Source of the DNA: an uncultured Gammaproteobacteria bacterium
GTDB lineage: Bacteria; Patescibacteriota; Microgenomatia; Levybacterales; UBA12049
Reading direction: 5' to 3'
Length of the DNA stretch: 64,000 nucleotides
Assembly: GCA_965230895.1 (NCBI GenBank)
Contig: OZ246394.1
Location: 1,057,887-1,121,886 of the forward strand
This document shows positions 47,377 through 57,500 of this stretch, in pieces; the first letter of the stretch is position 1; each line of letters opens with the position of its first letter. The notes under the pieces were generated by a model. It made no database searches. It saw nothing but the letters and a program-made list of their open reading frames with translations, and was not told the DNA's origin. The translations under genes and the position numbers were made by a program.

Positions 47377-48200
47377 GGCAAAATATATAAATCCTGATTG
47401 TATCCACCAACCCCAACAAATTCCGCTTCTTTCCGGATAATAGCTTCAAATGGACGACAAGAGAAACAACCACCTTTTGGACATATATATTCACCGTTCA
47501 TCCTGGCATTCTTTACCTTTTTTGCTGTTTCCAAAACAATCGTATGAGCATCTTCAAGAGAAGGCAGCTTTACAGAGATCGGATCATTATCCCTATCTAA
47601 GTACCAATAGCTACCTTTTGTAGCTTTACGCTTTTGGCAATTGGCAACGATTAATGCATAAATCGGCAATTGTAATGATGCTGCTGATTCATCATTTTTA
47701 CCGGTTTTAAAATCAATAATATGGACACTATCGTCTTCAGGGAGATATTCCAACCAATCAATCTTACCGCAGAGGATTATATTCTCTTCTTCAGAAATAT
47801 AATAATTAGGAAGTTCTTTCTGGATTTTTATAGCTTTATTAAGAAGAGGTCCAGGACTGTCCATCACACGTTGCAGCATTTTGGCGCCACGATCTTTCAC
47901 ATATGCTTCTTGCTCATCATTATTGAAACCGCCCATTTTGCCTGACACTTTTTCCCAAGCTTTTTCATATGCATCATGGAGAGACACTGCAAATCGCTGC
48001 TCAACAGGCAAAAGAGAAAGTGCTTCAAGGACTTCATGCACACTTTGTCCTAGGGCCAAAGAAGGATTAATAATATTTACTTTATGTCGAGTATGTGGAT
48101 CTTTATACACATTACGCAGATAATATAATCGTGGACAATTAACAAAATCTGCCATTGATGAATTACTTACCCAAACTGCTGAGAACTTATCTTGTGCCAT
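47373..48200 (-). CDS. PD-(D/E)XK nuclease (RecB/AddB-like), stand-alone
   Basis: SNSSM..F..CP, GQSVH, GKIDW, IIDFKTG, QLPIY, C-terminal Cys cluster. Confidence 0.9.
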   Translation of the reverse strand: MAQDKFSAVWVSNSSMADFVNCPRLYYLRNVYKDPHTRHKVNIINPSLALGQSVHEVLEALSLLPVEQRFAVSLHDAYEKAWEKVSGKMGGFNNDEQEAYVKDRGAKMLQRVMDSPGPLLNKAIKIQKELPNYYISEEENIILCGKIDWLEYLPEDDSVHIIDFKTGKNDESAASLQLPIYALIVANCQKRKATKGSYWYLDRDNDPISVKLPSLEDAHTIVLETAKKVKNARMNGEYICPKGGCFSCRPFEAIIRKEAEFVGVGGYNQDLYILP

Positions 48201-48290
48201 ACGGAAGTTATTATATACTTCTAATTTTAGAATTTCTAGCGAAGCAGAATCTTTACAAAACTTACTGAATCAACATGCTATACTATAAAT

Positions 48291-48647
48291 ATGGCTGACG
48301 ATCAAAAGCTCAAAATTGAAGATATCAAAGTCGGAACAGGAGCAGAAGTAAAAGACGGAGATCATGTTGTTATCCATTACACAGGATGGCTTGAAGAGCC
48401 ACAAGGTTCAGGCAAGCAAGGAAAGAAGTTTGATAGTTCAGTTGACCGTGGAACTCCATTTGAAACTCCAATTGGGGTGGGCTACGTTATCAAAGGATGG
48501 GATGAAGGTGTCGTCGGTATGAAAGTTGGCGGTAAAAGAAAGCTCATCATTCCTCATGAATTAGGATATGGTAAATACGGCGCAGGTTCTGACATCCCGG
48601 GATTTGCTACACTTATCTTTGAAGTAGAACTCCTCGATATTAAATAA
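48291..48647 (+). CDS. Cytoplasmic FKBP-type peptidyl-prolyl isomerase
   Basis: HYTGWL, KFDSS, VIKGWDEG, GGKRKL, LIFEVEL. Confidence 0.96.
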   Translation: MADDQKLKIEDIKVGTGAEVKDGDHVVIHYTGWLEEPQGSGKQGKKFDSSVDRGTPFETPIGVGYVIKGWDEGVVGMKVGGKRKLIIPHELGYGKYGAGSDIPGFATLIFEVELLDIK

Positions 48648-48655
48648 TTCTACAT

Positions 48656-48946
48656 ATGGTGAAATACAAACAACAAGTTGCAGACATGCTTTCCGCTCAT
48701 GAAGAAATCTTTAAAGAATTTAAAAAACTTCATGACAAGTATGCCGAAGATCCTAAAAAGTATCAGGAAGAATTTAATGAAAAAGGATTAGAAATTCAGG
48801 CTATTCTCCGTCGCTGGGAAAATAATCTTTGCGGCAAATCAGAATCAGGAAGATACGGAAAATTCTCAAGTAGTTTAGCGGATAAATTTCGTGAAGAAGT
48901 AAAAGTTCATTTTCCGAAGATTGATAATATCGGAATGCTTCAATAG
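48656..48946 (+). CDS. Conserved-looking hypothetical protein
   Basis: 96-aa helical ORF co-oriented with the FKBP gene. Confidence 0.7.
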   Translation: MVKYKQQVADMLSAHEEIFKEFKKLHDKYAEDPKKYQEEFNEKGLEIQAILRRWENNLCGKSESGRYGKFSSSLADKFREEVKVHFPKIDNIGMLQ

Positions 48947-49186
48947 TTATTTGTTAAATAACTTTCTCAATTCAAATCTTGTTTGTTCTAACACTCTTTT
49001 TCTATTTGCTGGAAGGTTGCGGCCAGTACGATTGATTTGAAAATTTAACATACTCATTGCTGATTGAAATGGCTCAGAAGTAGGCTTTGATTGAATAAGC
49101 GCAGAATGTTTTAAAGAAGCAGCAATTCGCTTTGGATTAGTCCAAGAGAAAATGCTTGGTTTTGGATCTAGAGCATCACTAACCAT
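48947..49186 (-). CDS. DUF3175-like small protein
   Basis: SDALD...IF...P..IA.SLK.SA...PFQSAMSMLNF.INR.G.NL. Confidence 0.75.
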   Translation of the reverse strand: MVSDALDPKPSIFSWTNPKRIAASLKHSALIQSKPTSEPFQSAMSMLNFQINRTGRNLPANRKRVLEQTRFELRKLFNK

Positions 49187-49281
49187 AACACTTCTATTTA
49201 TACCAATGATGTATGAGGATTATGTAAGAGTTCGCCAAAATTGACATTGAACTCTTATTGTGGAATGCTATTTAAAATCCC

Positions 49282-49878
49282 ATGACTATTCTGGAACATA
49301 ACAAGGATATACTCATTATTGGAGCTGATACGAGAAAAACAGCTATCACGATACTTCTTGGGTTTATAATGCTTGGTTGGATAGTTTTTACCCTTCTGAC
49401 TAGTTCCCCGTTTTTCATGCATGAGCGTATTATCCCGGTTGCAACAGGAATAATAATTATCATGTCTTTTTGTATGGCTTATTATTTTTACAGAGTATTT
49501 GGCAAACTAAGCTACATTTTTGACAGGAAGAACAGAACTTTAACCATCATTACTTCTACAATTTTAGGTTCGAAGGAGCAGAAGTATCAATTGGATCATA
49601 TTCAAAGTATCGAAGAAAGAATTATTCCCACGTATGCGTACCATGGTCATGCAGACCTTTCATCTGATGCATACCATACAGCTAAGAACGAAAACTATTA
49701 CACAACTGTTGTATTACATCTCAGCAGAAAAGAATTAAACCTTGTTCCAAATGCAGCGTACTTTTTTCTTCATCCTTTTAACCATTTAACGGATGCTGTT
49801 GATAATGGACTGGGGAAAACACTAGCAAACTTTCTGAAAATTCCATTCGTAAAGCAAAAACAGCCAATAAAAAGCTAG
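49282..49878 (+). CDS. Hypothetical 2-TM membrane protein
   Basis: Two TM helices then a beta-rich domain (FDRKNRTLTI). Confidence 0.65.
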   Translation: MTILEHNKDILIIGADTRKTAITILLGFIMLGWIVFTLLTSSPFFMHERIIPVATGIIIIMSFCMAYYFYRVFGKLSYIFDRKNRTLTIITSTILGSKEQKYQLDHIQSIEERIIPTYAYHGHADLSSDAYHTAKNENYYTTVVLHLSRKELNLVPNAAYFFLHPFNHLTDAVDNGLGKTLANFLKIPFVKQKQPIKS

Positions 49879-50402
49879 TTAAATAATGTTGCAATCAAGT
49901 TTTGTAATGAAGCTATTTCTGATTGAATAAATGCACCAATCATACTATCTTTATCTTTCATCCGTTGCTTCACTTGAGATTGCATTTCCTCAACTTTTTC
50001 TTCGACCTTCGCTATTTTCTTTTCAACTTCAGGATTTTGCGTAATTGTTGGTTCAGATAATGTTGGTGTTGGATTTTCCTTATTTGTAATTATTGGTGAG
50101 ACTTCAACTTTTGCACCAGAATTATTTACTTCGACTTTTGTAGAACCGTCTTCTGATTGATAGTTCACATCCTCATTCGTAGTTGTGCATTTACCGTTAA
50201 TACAAACTGTAGATGTGCTTTCTCCACCAGTAGTGGTACATTTGCCATTTTGACAAATCGTGGAAGTGCCCGTACTTTCTGAATTTACATTGACTTGAGA
50301 AGATCCTTCACTATTTGAGACTTGTACATTGACTTCTGCAAACGCAGGCGAAGGAATAAGGAGCAAACTGAAAGTACTGATAAGTATGGCAGTTCTTTTC
50401 AT
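49875..50402 (-). CDS. Secreted hypothetical protein with two CxNGKC repeats
   Basis: Signal peptide MKRT...AFA; STICQNGKCTTT and STVCINGKCTTT. Confidence 0.7.
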   Translation of the reverse strand: MKRTAILISTFSLLLIPSPAFAEVNVQVSNSEGSSQVNVNSESTGTSTICQNGKCTTTGGESTSTVCINGKCTTTNEDVNYQSEDGSTKVEVNNSGAKVEVSPIITNKENPTPTLSEPTITQNPEVEKKIAKVEEKVEEMQSQVKQRMKDKDSMIGAFIQSEIASLQNLIATLFN

Positions 50403-50483
50403 ATATTTAATATATCCAACTATAACAGCAACTTTTTCATTTTGCAAATTTGACTATGAATACGATATAATCGTATTGATTCC

Positions 50484-51047
50484 ATGAGTACATCATCTCA
50501 AAGGGTTAACACAAATCACTTCTCCACGGAAAAGTTTCCGGAAGTTATTGCCTTTTGTGAAAGAGATGATAGTAGCCATGTTACCGCTGCAACTGAAGAA
50601 AGCTATACATATACCCTCAACGGACAAACAATCTATACTCTTAAAAAGGTGCATTCGCAATGGGAGTTAATGGAAATGAATGGCAAAAACGTTGTACGAG
50701 TCAGTACTGGAAAAAGTCTTGGCATGGTACTCTGGCATGCGCTCAGATTTTCAGAAGCTGATAAAGGGAAACAAGAAGAACGAGTAAATATATTATTACC
50801 TGTTGCAAAAGCCGATCTCGAGAAAGCGTTGGCATTCATGTATTATTACGGTGGATACCCAGGAAATTTCCTTGAGCACACACCAGAACTTGATGCAATT
50901 ATGGATCGTTTTGTTGATCCAAATATCACCATCCTTTCCTATTCATACGTACCGGTGACACACCTTGATTGGCTTCGGGAGATACTAAAAACAGATGGAC
51001 TTATTCCTGAAGGCGCAACAAATACGTTGTGGATTTATAAAAAGTAA
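50484..51047 (+). CDS. Hypothetical protein
   Basis: 187-aa ORF with TATAAT upstream; no recognised motif. Confidence 0.65.
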   Translation: MSTSSQRVNTNHFSTEKFPEVIAFCERDDSSHVTAATEESYTYTLNGQTIYTLKKVHSQWELMEMNGKNVVRVSTGKSLGMVLWHALRFSEADKGKQEERVNILLPVAKADLEKALAFMYYYGGYPGNFLEHTPELDAIMDRFVDPNITILSYSYVPVTHLDWLREILKTDGLIPEGATNTLWIYKK

Positions 51048-51063
51048 ATGTTATAATACCTCA

Positions 51064-51648
51064 ATGGCCCAACCCTCTGTGGAACAAACCTCCGGCCTTG
51101 AAGAACAAGCTTTACTTATCGCTGGAGAAATTTTCAACCTTATCAATCAATACACACATGACAGCACCGTCTCAAAATTCTTCTTAACAGATGACGTTGC
51201 AAACGCATGCTATGGTTTAGCTGCAGGATTTACAGCGGTTGTATATACTCCAGCACTTGATCCGGAAGAGACAGTTGATTGTGCATTACTGTCATTCTTA
51301 TATGCACTTATGACATATGGGTTTAATATTTATTTGAAAGAACGATCCCTCCGAACAAATGCTGCACCATATCGTATGCCAGTTGATATGAAAGTAATTA
51401 AAAAAGCGCAGAAAATAACATTGGGAAAGACTTCCAAAGGAAACCTTGTATCGACCCCTTTGGCTGATAAAATTATCGCGATTATCATGGAAAATATCGA
51501 GCATCAGATGGATATGGATGAATTCCATATCGCAAAGCATCGTACGAATAAAACAAAATTCTGGAACTATTCTAAATTGTCTTTATATTGGGGTTATAAC
51601 TTTGCCGAAGCGCTTCTTGAACCAAAGAGGAAATTGAAAAAAGACTAA
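51064..51648 (+). CDS. Hypothetical protein
   Basis: Likely start MAQP at 51064, 6 nt after TGTTATAAT. Confidence 0.65.
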   Translation: MAQPSVEQTSGLEEQALLIAGEIFNLINQYTHDSTVSKFFLTDDVANACYGLAAGFTAVVYTPALDPEETVDCALLSFLYALMTYGFNIYLKERSLRTNAAPYRMPVDMKVIKKAQKITLGKTSKGNLVSTPLADKIIAIIMENIEHQMDMDEFHIAKHRTNKTKFWNYSKLSLYWGYNFAEALLEPKRKLKKD

Positions 51649-52760
51649 ACAGTTTTAATCTTTTCCCAAGGGAATTCGTCACGGCCAAAGTGACCATATG
51701 CAGCTGTCTTACTATAGATTGGTCGAGCCAAATCCAATGCTTCTATAATACCCTTCACAGAAGTATCAATAAGTTTGTCTTTAAACGCATGAAGATCTTC
51801 CTCACTAACTTTTGCAGTACCAAATGTTTCAATTGTTTGCATCAACGGACGAGGTTGTCCGATAACGTATGCCAAACCAACTTCACATTTTTCTGCAAGT
51901 CCAGCTGCTACAATATTTTTTGCGATATAACGAGCTGCATAAGCACCACTTCGATCAACTTTACTTGGATCTTTACCACTAAATGCTCCTCCACCAACTC
52001 TTGCGTATCCACCATAAGTATCAACAACGATCTTTCGTCCAGTCAGACCAGCATCAGATTCAGGCCCTGGGATGTGCCAGAGTCCTGTACCGTTGACGAT
52101 AATATCTTTATCTTCTGGAAGAGCGAGTTGGTATTTTTCAAGAACTGGCGTAAAGATTGATTTAATAACATCTGCGCGAACTTGTTCTGCACTTACATCT
52201 TCACTGTGTGCCACTGCCGCAACAAGCTTTTCAACAGCAACAGGCTTATCATCTTCATAACGAACTGTAACTTGTGCTTTTCCATCTGGACGTAACCAAG
52301 GAAGTTCTTTGGTTTCTCGTGCTTCATCGATTCTTCTTGAGAGTGCATGTGCGAGAGTAATTGGGAGAGGCATAAGTTCAGGGGTTTCATTGCAAGCATA
52401 ACCAAACATCATACCCTGGTCACCTGCACCATCTTGATCGACTCCCATAGCGATTTCAGGAGATTGTGCATGAACATTATCAAAGAACGCTGATTCCTGA
52501 CTGAATCCCCATGCAGGAACGGTGTAGCCAAGTTTTTCAATTGTGTCGCGTACTATCTTTTCAAAATCTACTTGAGCTGTTGATTTAATCTCTCCGAAAA
52601 GACTTATTTGGTTTGCCCCTGCTACCGTTTCGACTCCAGCACGGGAATGAGGATCTTGTGCCAAAAGAGCATCGACAATTGCATCACTGATTTGATCGCA
52701 AATCTTGTCAGGATGTCCTGCACAAACTGATTCTGATGTAAATAATGTTGTTTTAGCCAT
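51645..52760 (-). CDS. metK: S-adenosylmethionine synthetase
   Basis: FTSESV..GHPDK, GAGDQG, RPDGK, GLTGRK, GGGAFSGKD. Confidence 0.99.
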   Translation of the reverse strand: MAKTTLFTSESVCAGHPDKICDQISDAIVDALLAQDPHSRAGVETVAGANQISLFGEIKSTAQVDFEKIVRDTIEKLGYTVPAWGFSQESAFFDNVHAQSPEIAMGVDQDGAGDQGMMFGYACNETPELMPLPITLAHALSRRIDEARETKELPWLRPDGKAQVTVRYEDDKPVAVEKLVAAVAHSEDVSAEQVRADVIKSIFTPVLEKYQLALPEDKDIIVNGTGLWHIPGPESDAGLTGRKIVVDTYGGYARVGGGAFSGKDPSKVDRSGAYAARYIAKNIVAAGLAEKCEVGLAYVIGQPRPLMQTIETFGTAKVSEEDLHAFKDKLIDTSVKGIIEALDLARPIYSKTAAYGHFGRDEFPWEKIKTV

Positions 52761-52787
52761 AAAAAAATCCCTCTGTCACAAGGGATT
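52761..52787 (-). terminator. Riboswitch-controlled intrinsic terminator directly before the metK ATG
   Basis: Minus strand ATCCCT-TGTGACAG-AGGGAT running into a T-tract and then ATG. Confidence 0.75.
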
Positions 52788-52789
52788 GC

Positions 52790-52889
52790 TATTGTTTTTG
52801 CCCTTGAGACCACATCTCTCCTTTTTTGGAGACTGGCACCCGCAAACATGAGGGTTGCCGGTTCGCAAAAGCGAACTCTCTTGATGTAC
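52790..52889 (-). ncRNA. SAM riboswitch (SAM-I/IV-type, compact)
   Basis: ACATCAAGAG...CCGGCAACC...GGTGCCAG...GAGATGT core; P1 ACATC/GATGT, P2 GTTCGC/GCGAAC, P4 TCTCC/GGAGA; upstream of metK. Confidence 0.88.
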
Positions 52890-52923
52890 CTGTATTATGC
52901 CATAAATGAAGAGAAGTTTCAAG

Positions 52924-53952
52924 CTATGAGGCTAAAGATTCTTTTAGGCTCTTATTCTTTTTCTGTTCACGCACCATAGCATAATTTATAACAAATAATA
53001 TAAAGACATTTGCACCAAGAGCTCCAATCTCATACCATTGCAACCGCATTAAAGCGAAGAACTGCGTTAGGAAGATTGTTATGAGCATTGCTATACGGAA
53101 GTAGCGAAATGCTTCATATCGAGAGATTCTTAGCGCAAATAGACCAATCAAAACGAAAGCTCCTGCAAGTATCGATGAGTACAATTGTCCTGTTTCGCTA
53201 AAAGGTAGTACAGGTTTCTGAATAAAAAGCAGGATAGACATAGTAAATATCCAAGCTGTTTGAATCGTGAGAAAAATAATAACTAAATTCGTAATAAACC
53301 CAGACTTAGCAATACGATAGTAATAAATACGGAGCATTTGCCGAAACCGGGTAAAGAAACCAGGTTTTGGAGTAGGAACAACATCTAAATCCTGTAATAG
53401 CTTTTTTAAAGCAATAACGATCGGATTTTTAGGATCACATTTACGCAAATATTCTGCAGCTCGCTTTTCCTCTTCTTTATCAAAATCATTAATCGCTGAT
53501 TCTTTAATCATTTCAATAGCATTGACGAGATATTCACGTTGGGAAATTTCTCTATACCGCGGAATAAAACGAGATATCAAGAACAGTAAAACAAAAATAA
53601 TATAAATAAGGGAAATCGTTGGTTGAAAGAAATAATTATTATCTTTTGTTACAAACTTGCCTAATTCATCGATAAACGCTCCAAATCCAATACCTCCCAG
53701 GACTGCTGCAACCGATGCTGCCTTTTGGCTCATAAATGATAATAAGATAAAAAGCGCAGCCATCATAAAGAATCCTCCCCATAACATGTGCGCTATATGA
53801 AAAGCTCCACCACCAAGTTGTGGATAATTGGTTAATTCAAGAAATATGCGGATAACAAACACACTGACGACGGCTGAAACCAAAAAGTTTTCTCTATAGG
53901 AATCTGCATCTATATTTCGGATAAATAAGTCTTTTATAACCATTTTCGACAT
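52924..53952 (-). CDS. Hypothetical polytopic membrane protein
   Basis: HIAHMLWGG, GIGFGAFIDELGKF; about 8 TM; start at 53952 or 53943. Confidence 0.75.
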   Translation of the reverse strand: MSKMVIKDLFIRNIDADSYRENFLVSAVVSVFVIRIFLELTNYPQLGGGAFHIAHMLWGGFFMMAALFILLSFMSQKAASVAAVLGGIGFGAFIDELGKFVTKDNNYFFQPTISLIYIIFVLLFLISRFIPRYREISQREYLVNAIEMIKESAINDFDKEEEKRAAEYLRKCDPKNPIVIALKKLLQDLDVVPTPKPGFFTRFRQMLRIYYYRIAKSGFITNLVIIFLTIQTAWIFTMSILLFIQKPVLPFSETGQLYSSILAGAFVLIGLFALRISRYEAFRYFRIAMLITIFLTQFFALMRLQWYEIGALGANVFILFVINYAMVREQKKNKSLKESLAS

Positions 53953-54000
53953 TTGTATTATAGCATTCCGAACCTCAACAACATGTGATACAGTAAAGAT

Positions 54001-54495
54001 ATGGCAGAACAAGTTGAAGTACACCATCACCAATTACGCAACTGGCTTTTACTCTTGATGCTCGCTTTTGTAGCATTAGTCGGACTTGCGCTTTCTATCC
54101 AGCGACCACAAGCCCTCTCCTCTATTCCGTTTTTCGCGCCGACTGCTACGCCAACACCACTTGCTTCTCAAAATATTACGGTGACATCGCCAAAAGCCAA
54201 TGAACAAGTGAGTCAACTTTTTACAGTGACAGGCCGAGCAAGAGTATTCGAGAATGTGGTTATGGTCCGTTTGAAAGAAAAACTTTCAGGAAAAGTCGTC
54301 GGAGAAGTACCTGTTACAACAAATGCAACAGATATGGGACAATATGGAGACTTTGATACAGGTATTCAATTGAATGATCCAAATCTTCGTGTAGGAACAG
54401 AATTTATCGTTGAAGTGTTCCAATATTCCGCTAAAGATGGAGCAGAGATTGATAAGGTATCCATACCTGTGACATTTACTCCTGTAGGCGAATAA
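54001..54495 (+). CDS. Membrane-anchored Gmad2 immunoglobulin-like domain protein
   Basis: ITVTSP...VTGRARVFE..V.VRL...YSAKDG. Confidence 0.85.
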   Translation: MAEQVEVHHHQLRNWLLLLMLAFVALVGLALSIQRPQALSSIPFFAPTATPTPLASQNITVTSPKANEQVSQLFTVTGRARVFENVVMVRLKEKLSGKVVGEVPVTTNATDMGQYGDFDTGIQLNDPNLRVGTEFIVEVFQYSAKDGAEIDKVSIPVTFTPVGE

Positions 54496-54534
54496 TATTT
54501 TGCCTGGCCTGCGTAATTACGCTACTATAGTAGT

Positions 54535-57500
54535 ATGGCCGAATTCGACCCAAGTCCTGATGTCAAAGAATTAGCTGGAAAGTCCGATGAGACAGACCCA
54601 GCATTAAAAGCAAAAACAAGAGTTGCGGAATTGGTCGCTCCATCCGAAAGTGTAGCAAAAGAGATACAAGATCTTGCTCAAAAAGGCGGCCAAGAACTGC
54701 TCAAAAAACATCCTCATCCAGAGATGAAGAGAATTGTGGAACATGCCACAGGTGTTTTCCTTTGGGAACAAATGGCCCGACCTCAGAACTCCGAATCAAT
54801 GCTTCCTCCTGGATTAGTAGCGCGACTCGATGAAAATAATACGATTGACACACTTGCATTTGATGGAGAACACTTACATCGATCTGAGTATGTTTATGTC
54901 CTTGATTTCCTGAAAAAACAAGGAATCGTTGACCAAATTAATGGGCTTCAAAAAAAGCATCGAGAAGAAAAGAGAGCGGATATCATTGAGGCTATGGATG
55001 AATATTTACAACACTCTCCTGCTGCAAGGCTACTTGAAACCTTTATGGTCACCACAGACAAACAATCTGGCAACGGAAGAAACTTACGAGACCTTACAGA
55101 TGCCGAAGAAACAAGATTACGTGCGCAACTTGAGGGGAATTTCCAGGCAAATATTGTTCCCGGCATGCTTGCTGAAATAAATAGCAATTCAGGCGATACC
55201 CATTCGATAAACGCATCGAATGGTGAATTCCAACGTGATCCATCAGTACAATTTGCAAAGAATACTTTCATAGAGAAACCTTTAGCAATGGCCGCAACGC
55301 AAGATCATGATCATACGCATGAGAATAACCAAGAGAAAGGTGTTTCAAGGGCAAGATTACGAGAATATCTTAATCAAGAATTTTTTCTTAAAAGAGTAGG
55401 TCTAGCCCCTACAGAATTAGCGAATATCCATGTGGTTGAAGAGTCAAGAGGTTTCAAAACGATCCATATTAAAGACCCTAATGGAGAGAAGCGTTATGAT
55501 GCTGGCGCTTGGTTTTATTTTGTTGAGGAACAAATGAAGGCTCTCAATGATACTTCTTATGACGTGCCGAGAGAATATTCACGCATCGCATTTCAAATTA
55601 TCGGGTTATCGCTTTATGACAAAACCGACACTCGGGATCCAAATACGATAATTGCCGCAGGATATCATAAAGCAGCGACCGTCTTTGCAGATTATGTCGA
55701 CCAACAATATGTACCGCTCCATGAACGGAGCACTCATCACTACGACCATTCTATTCATGGACTTCTTTGGCTTAATAATGCTGCAACGCCACTCCAGGAT
55801 GGTGAGCCCGTACGCAATGAAAGGATAGGATATGATAGTGGATTTTATACAAGCTCCTCATCAGTAGAAATTGACAGTGCTTATGAATTAGATAAGAAAC
55901 AACGTTGGCCTGCTGGAACGATAAAACATATTTCAGATGACACGTTACTTGAAATTCCACGTATAATTACCAAAAACTATGCTCGCAATAAGGATCTTCC
56001 ACTTGTTCCTACTGAACATACAGACTTCGTATTAGAATCGCAAACTGAATCAATCGCAAGGTCTGCAGGAACTGGATGGACAGATTCGGGTGATCCTGAG
56101 ATTCCAGGAATGAAACTTGTGGCGAGAGATGGAAGTACATGCTATTTTACCGTCGATGAAGAAAAAGACCCTTATGAACCAAGTCCCAAAGAACTTTCGT
56201 ACATCCAAAGACGACTTGTATCCGACTTTTGTCAGGAAATCGGGATGACCGGACTTTCGGAGCAAATTGATTCTTTCGATACACTTAACATTGGGCAGAT
56301 GGTAAGTCTGCTTCGACAAAATGTGCGATATTTCGTCCCTGAAGCTAACGTCTCTGAGCGAAATGGGATTAGAGATTGGAAGGCATACGTCCGTGAAGAT
56401 GGAATCTTGGAGGGCCAATCGCTTCTTTTTGCACAATTCGCTACAAAAGTTTTTGGCATAATGTATCCAAATCCTGATTGGAAGGATTCTATAAAAAGTG
56501 TTTCGGGATTTGCGGTAGATAACAGAAAGAACGTGCGGGATTTTAGCCATTGGCAAACAGAGATAAAATTACCTCGCGAAGAAATCGATATCATTATTGA
56601 TATCTCTCCTCCATTTACATCACTATTGGACACTGCAAAAGATGTAGAAAAGATCCCACCCCCACCGCCTCCTACGGTGGATCTGCCTCGTACTGAAACG
56701 ACACGAACATATGAATATGTGGACCATCGACAAGAGCTTACGGTAACCTCAAGCAAAGAATTCAAAGAATTACTCAACACCACAATTGGGAATATTCTTT
56801 TTGCAGAACCAGAAGTATTTGCTGAGACAAAACAGCGACTCTTTTCAAAAGTTCCAAAAAATGACGACCTCCCTACTTATGAAGCTTTACCCCCAGAAGT
56901 CGCAGACGCAGTTGTCCTAGGAATAGCAAATAAAGGTACTGACTTAGCCGATAACGACCATGATCCTGCTATTGCAGGTATGAAATTAGTCGCAAAAGAT
57001 GGAGATAATTATTTTTATACCATTGATCCTGAAAGTACTGATTATAAACCAGTACTCGAACCTATCCCTACGCAGATGCGCAACGAATTAACTGTCACCT
57101 GCCTCAAACTTAAAATGGCTGGACTTGCTGAAGAGATACAGACCGCAGAAAATCTCACTGTCGAAAAATTGAGACAACTGGTGCGACGATACTCTAAGTA
57201 TTCCATCCCTGAAGACGGAGACAAAGCTTTCCGCGCTGATAATATCTTTGATCTTAAATATAACGATATGATTGACGAAGATGGGATTCTTAGAGGGCAA
57301 TGTGACACTTTTGAATTCTTCTGGCGACGATTAGGAAGAGTTTTTGATGGTACTTCAAGCTTTGATCAAGAAAGTGGTTTTTCGCTAAGAAATACACCTC
57401 GGATATCCAAAGCAAGGCATGGACAAACAAGAATGAAAAAGGATGGAGTAAATGCCTTAATTGACGTGGATCCACTCCACTACGATATACCAGACCTTGA

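Noticed and set aside
47373-48200. Cas4/CRISPR interpretation of the Cys-containing PD-(D/E)XK nuclease
   Set aside because: No repeat-spacer array or cas1/cas2 seen in the window; the motifs fit a generic RecB-family nuclease
52622-52849. 75-aa ORF over the metK leader
   Set aside because: It overlaps the riboswitch and metK out of frame, with no coding signature
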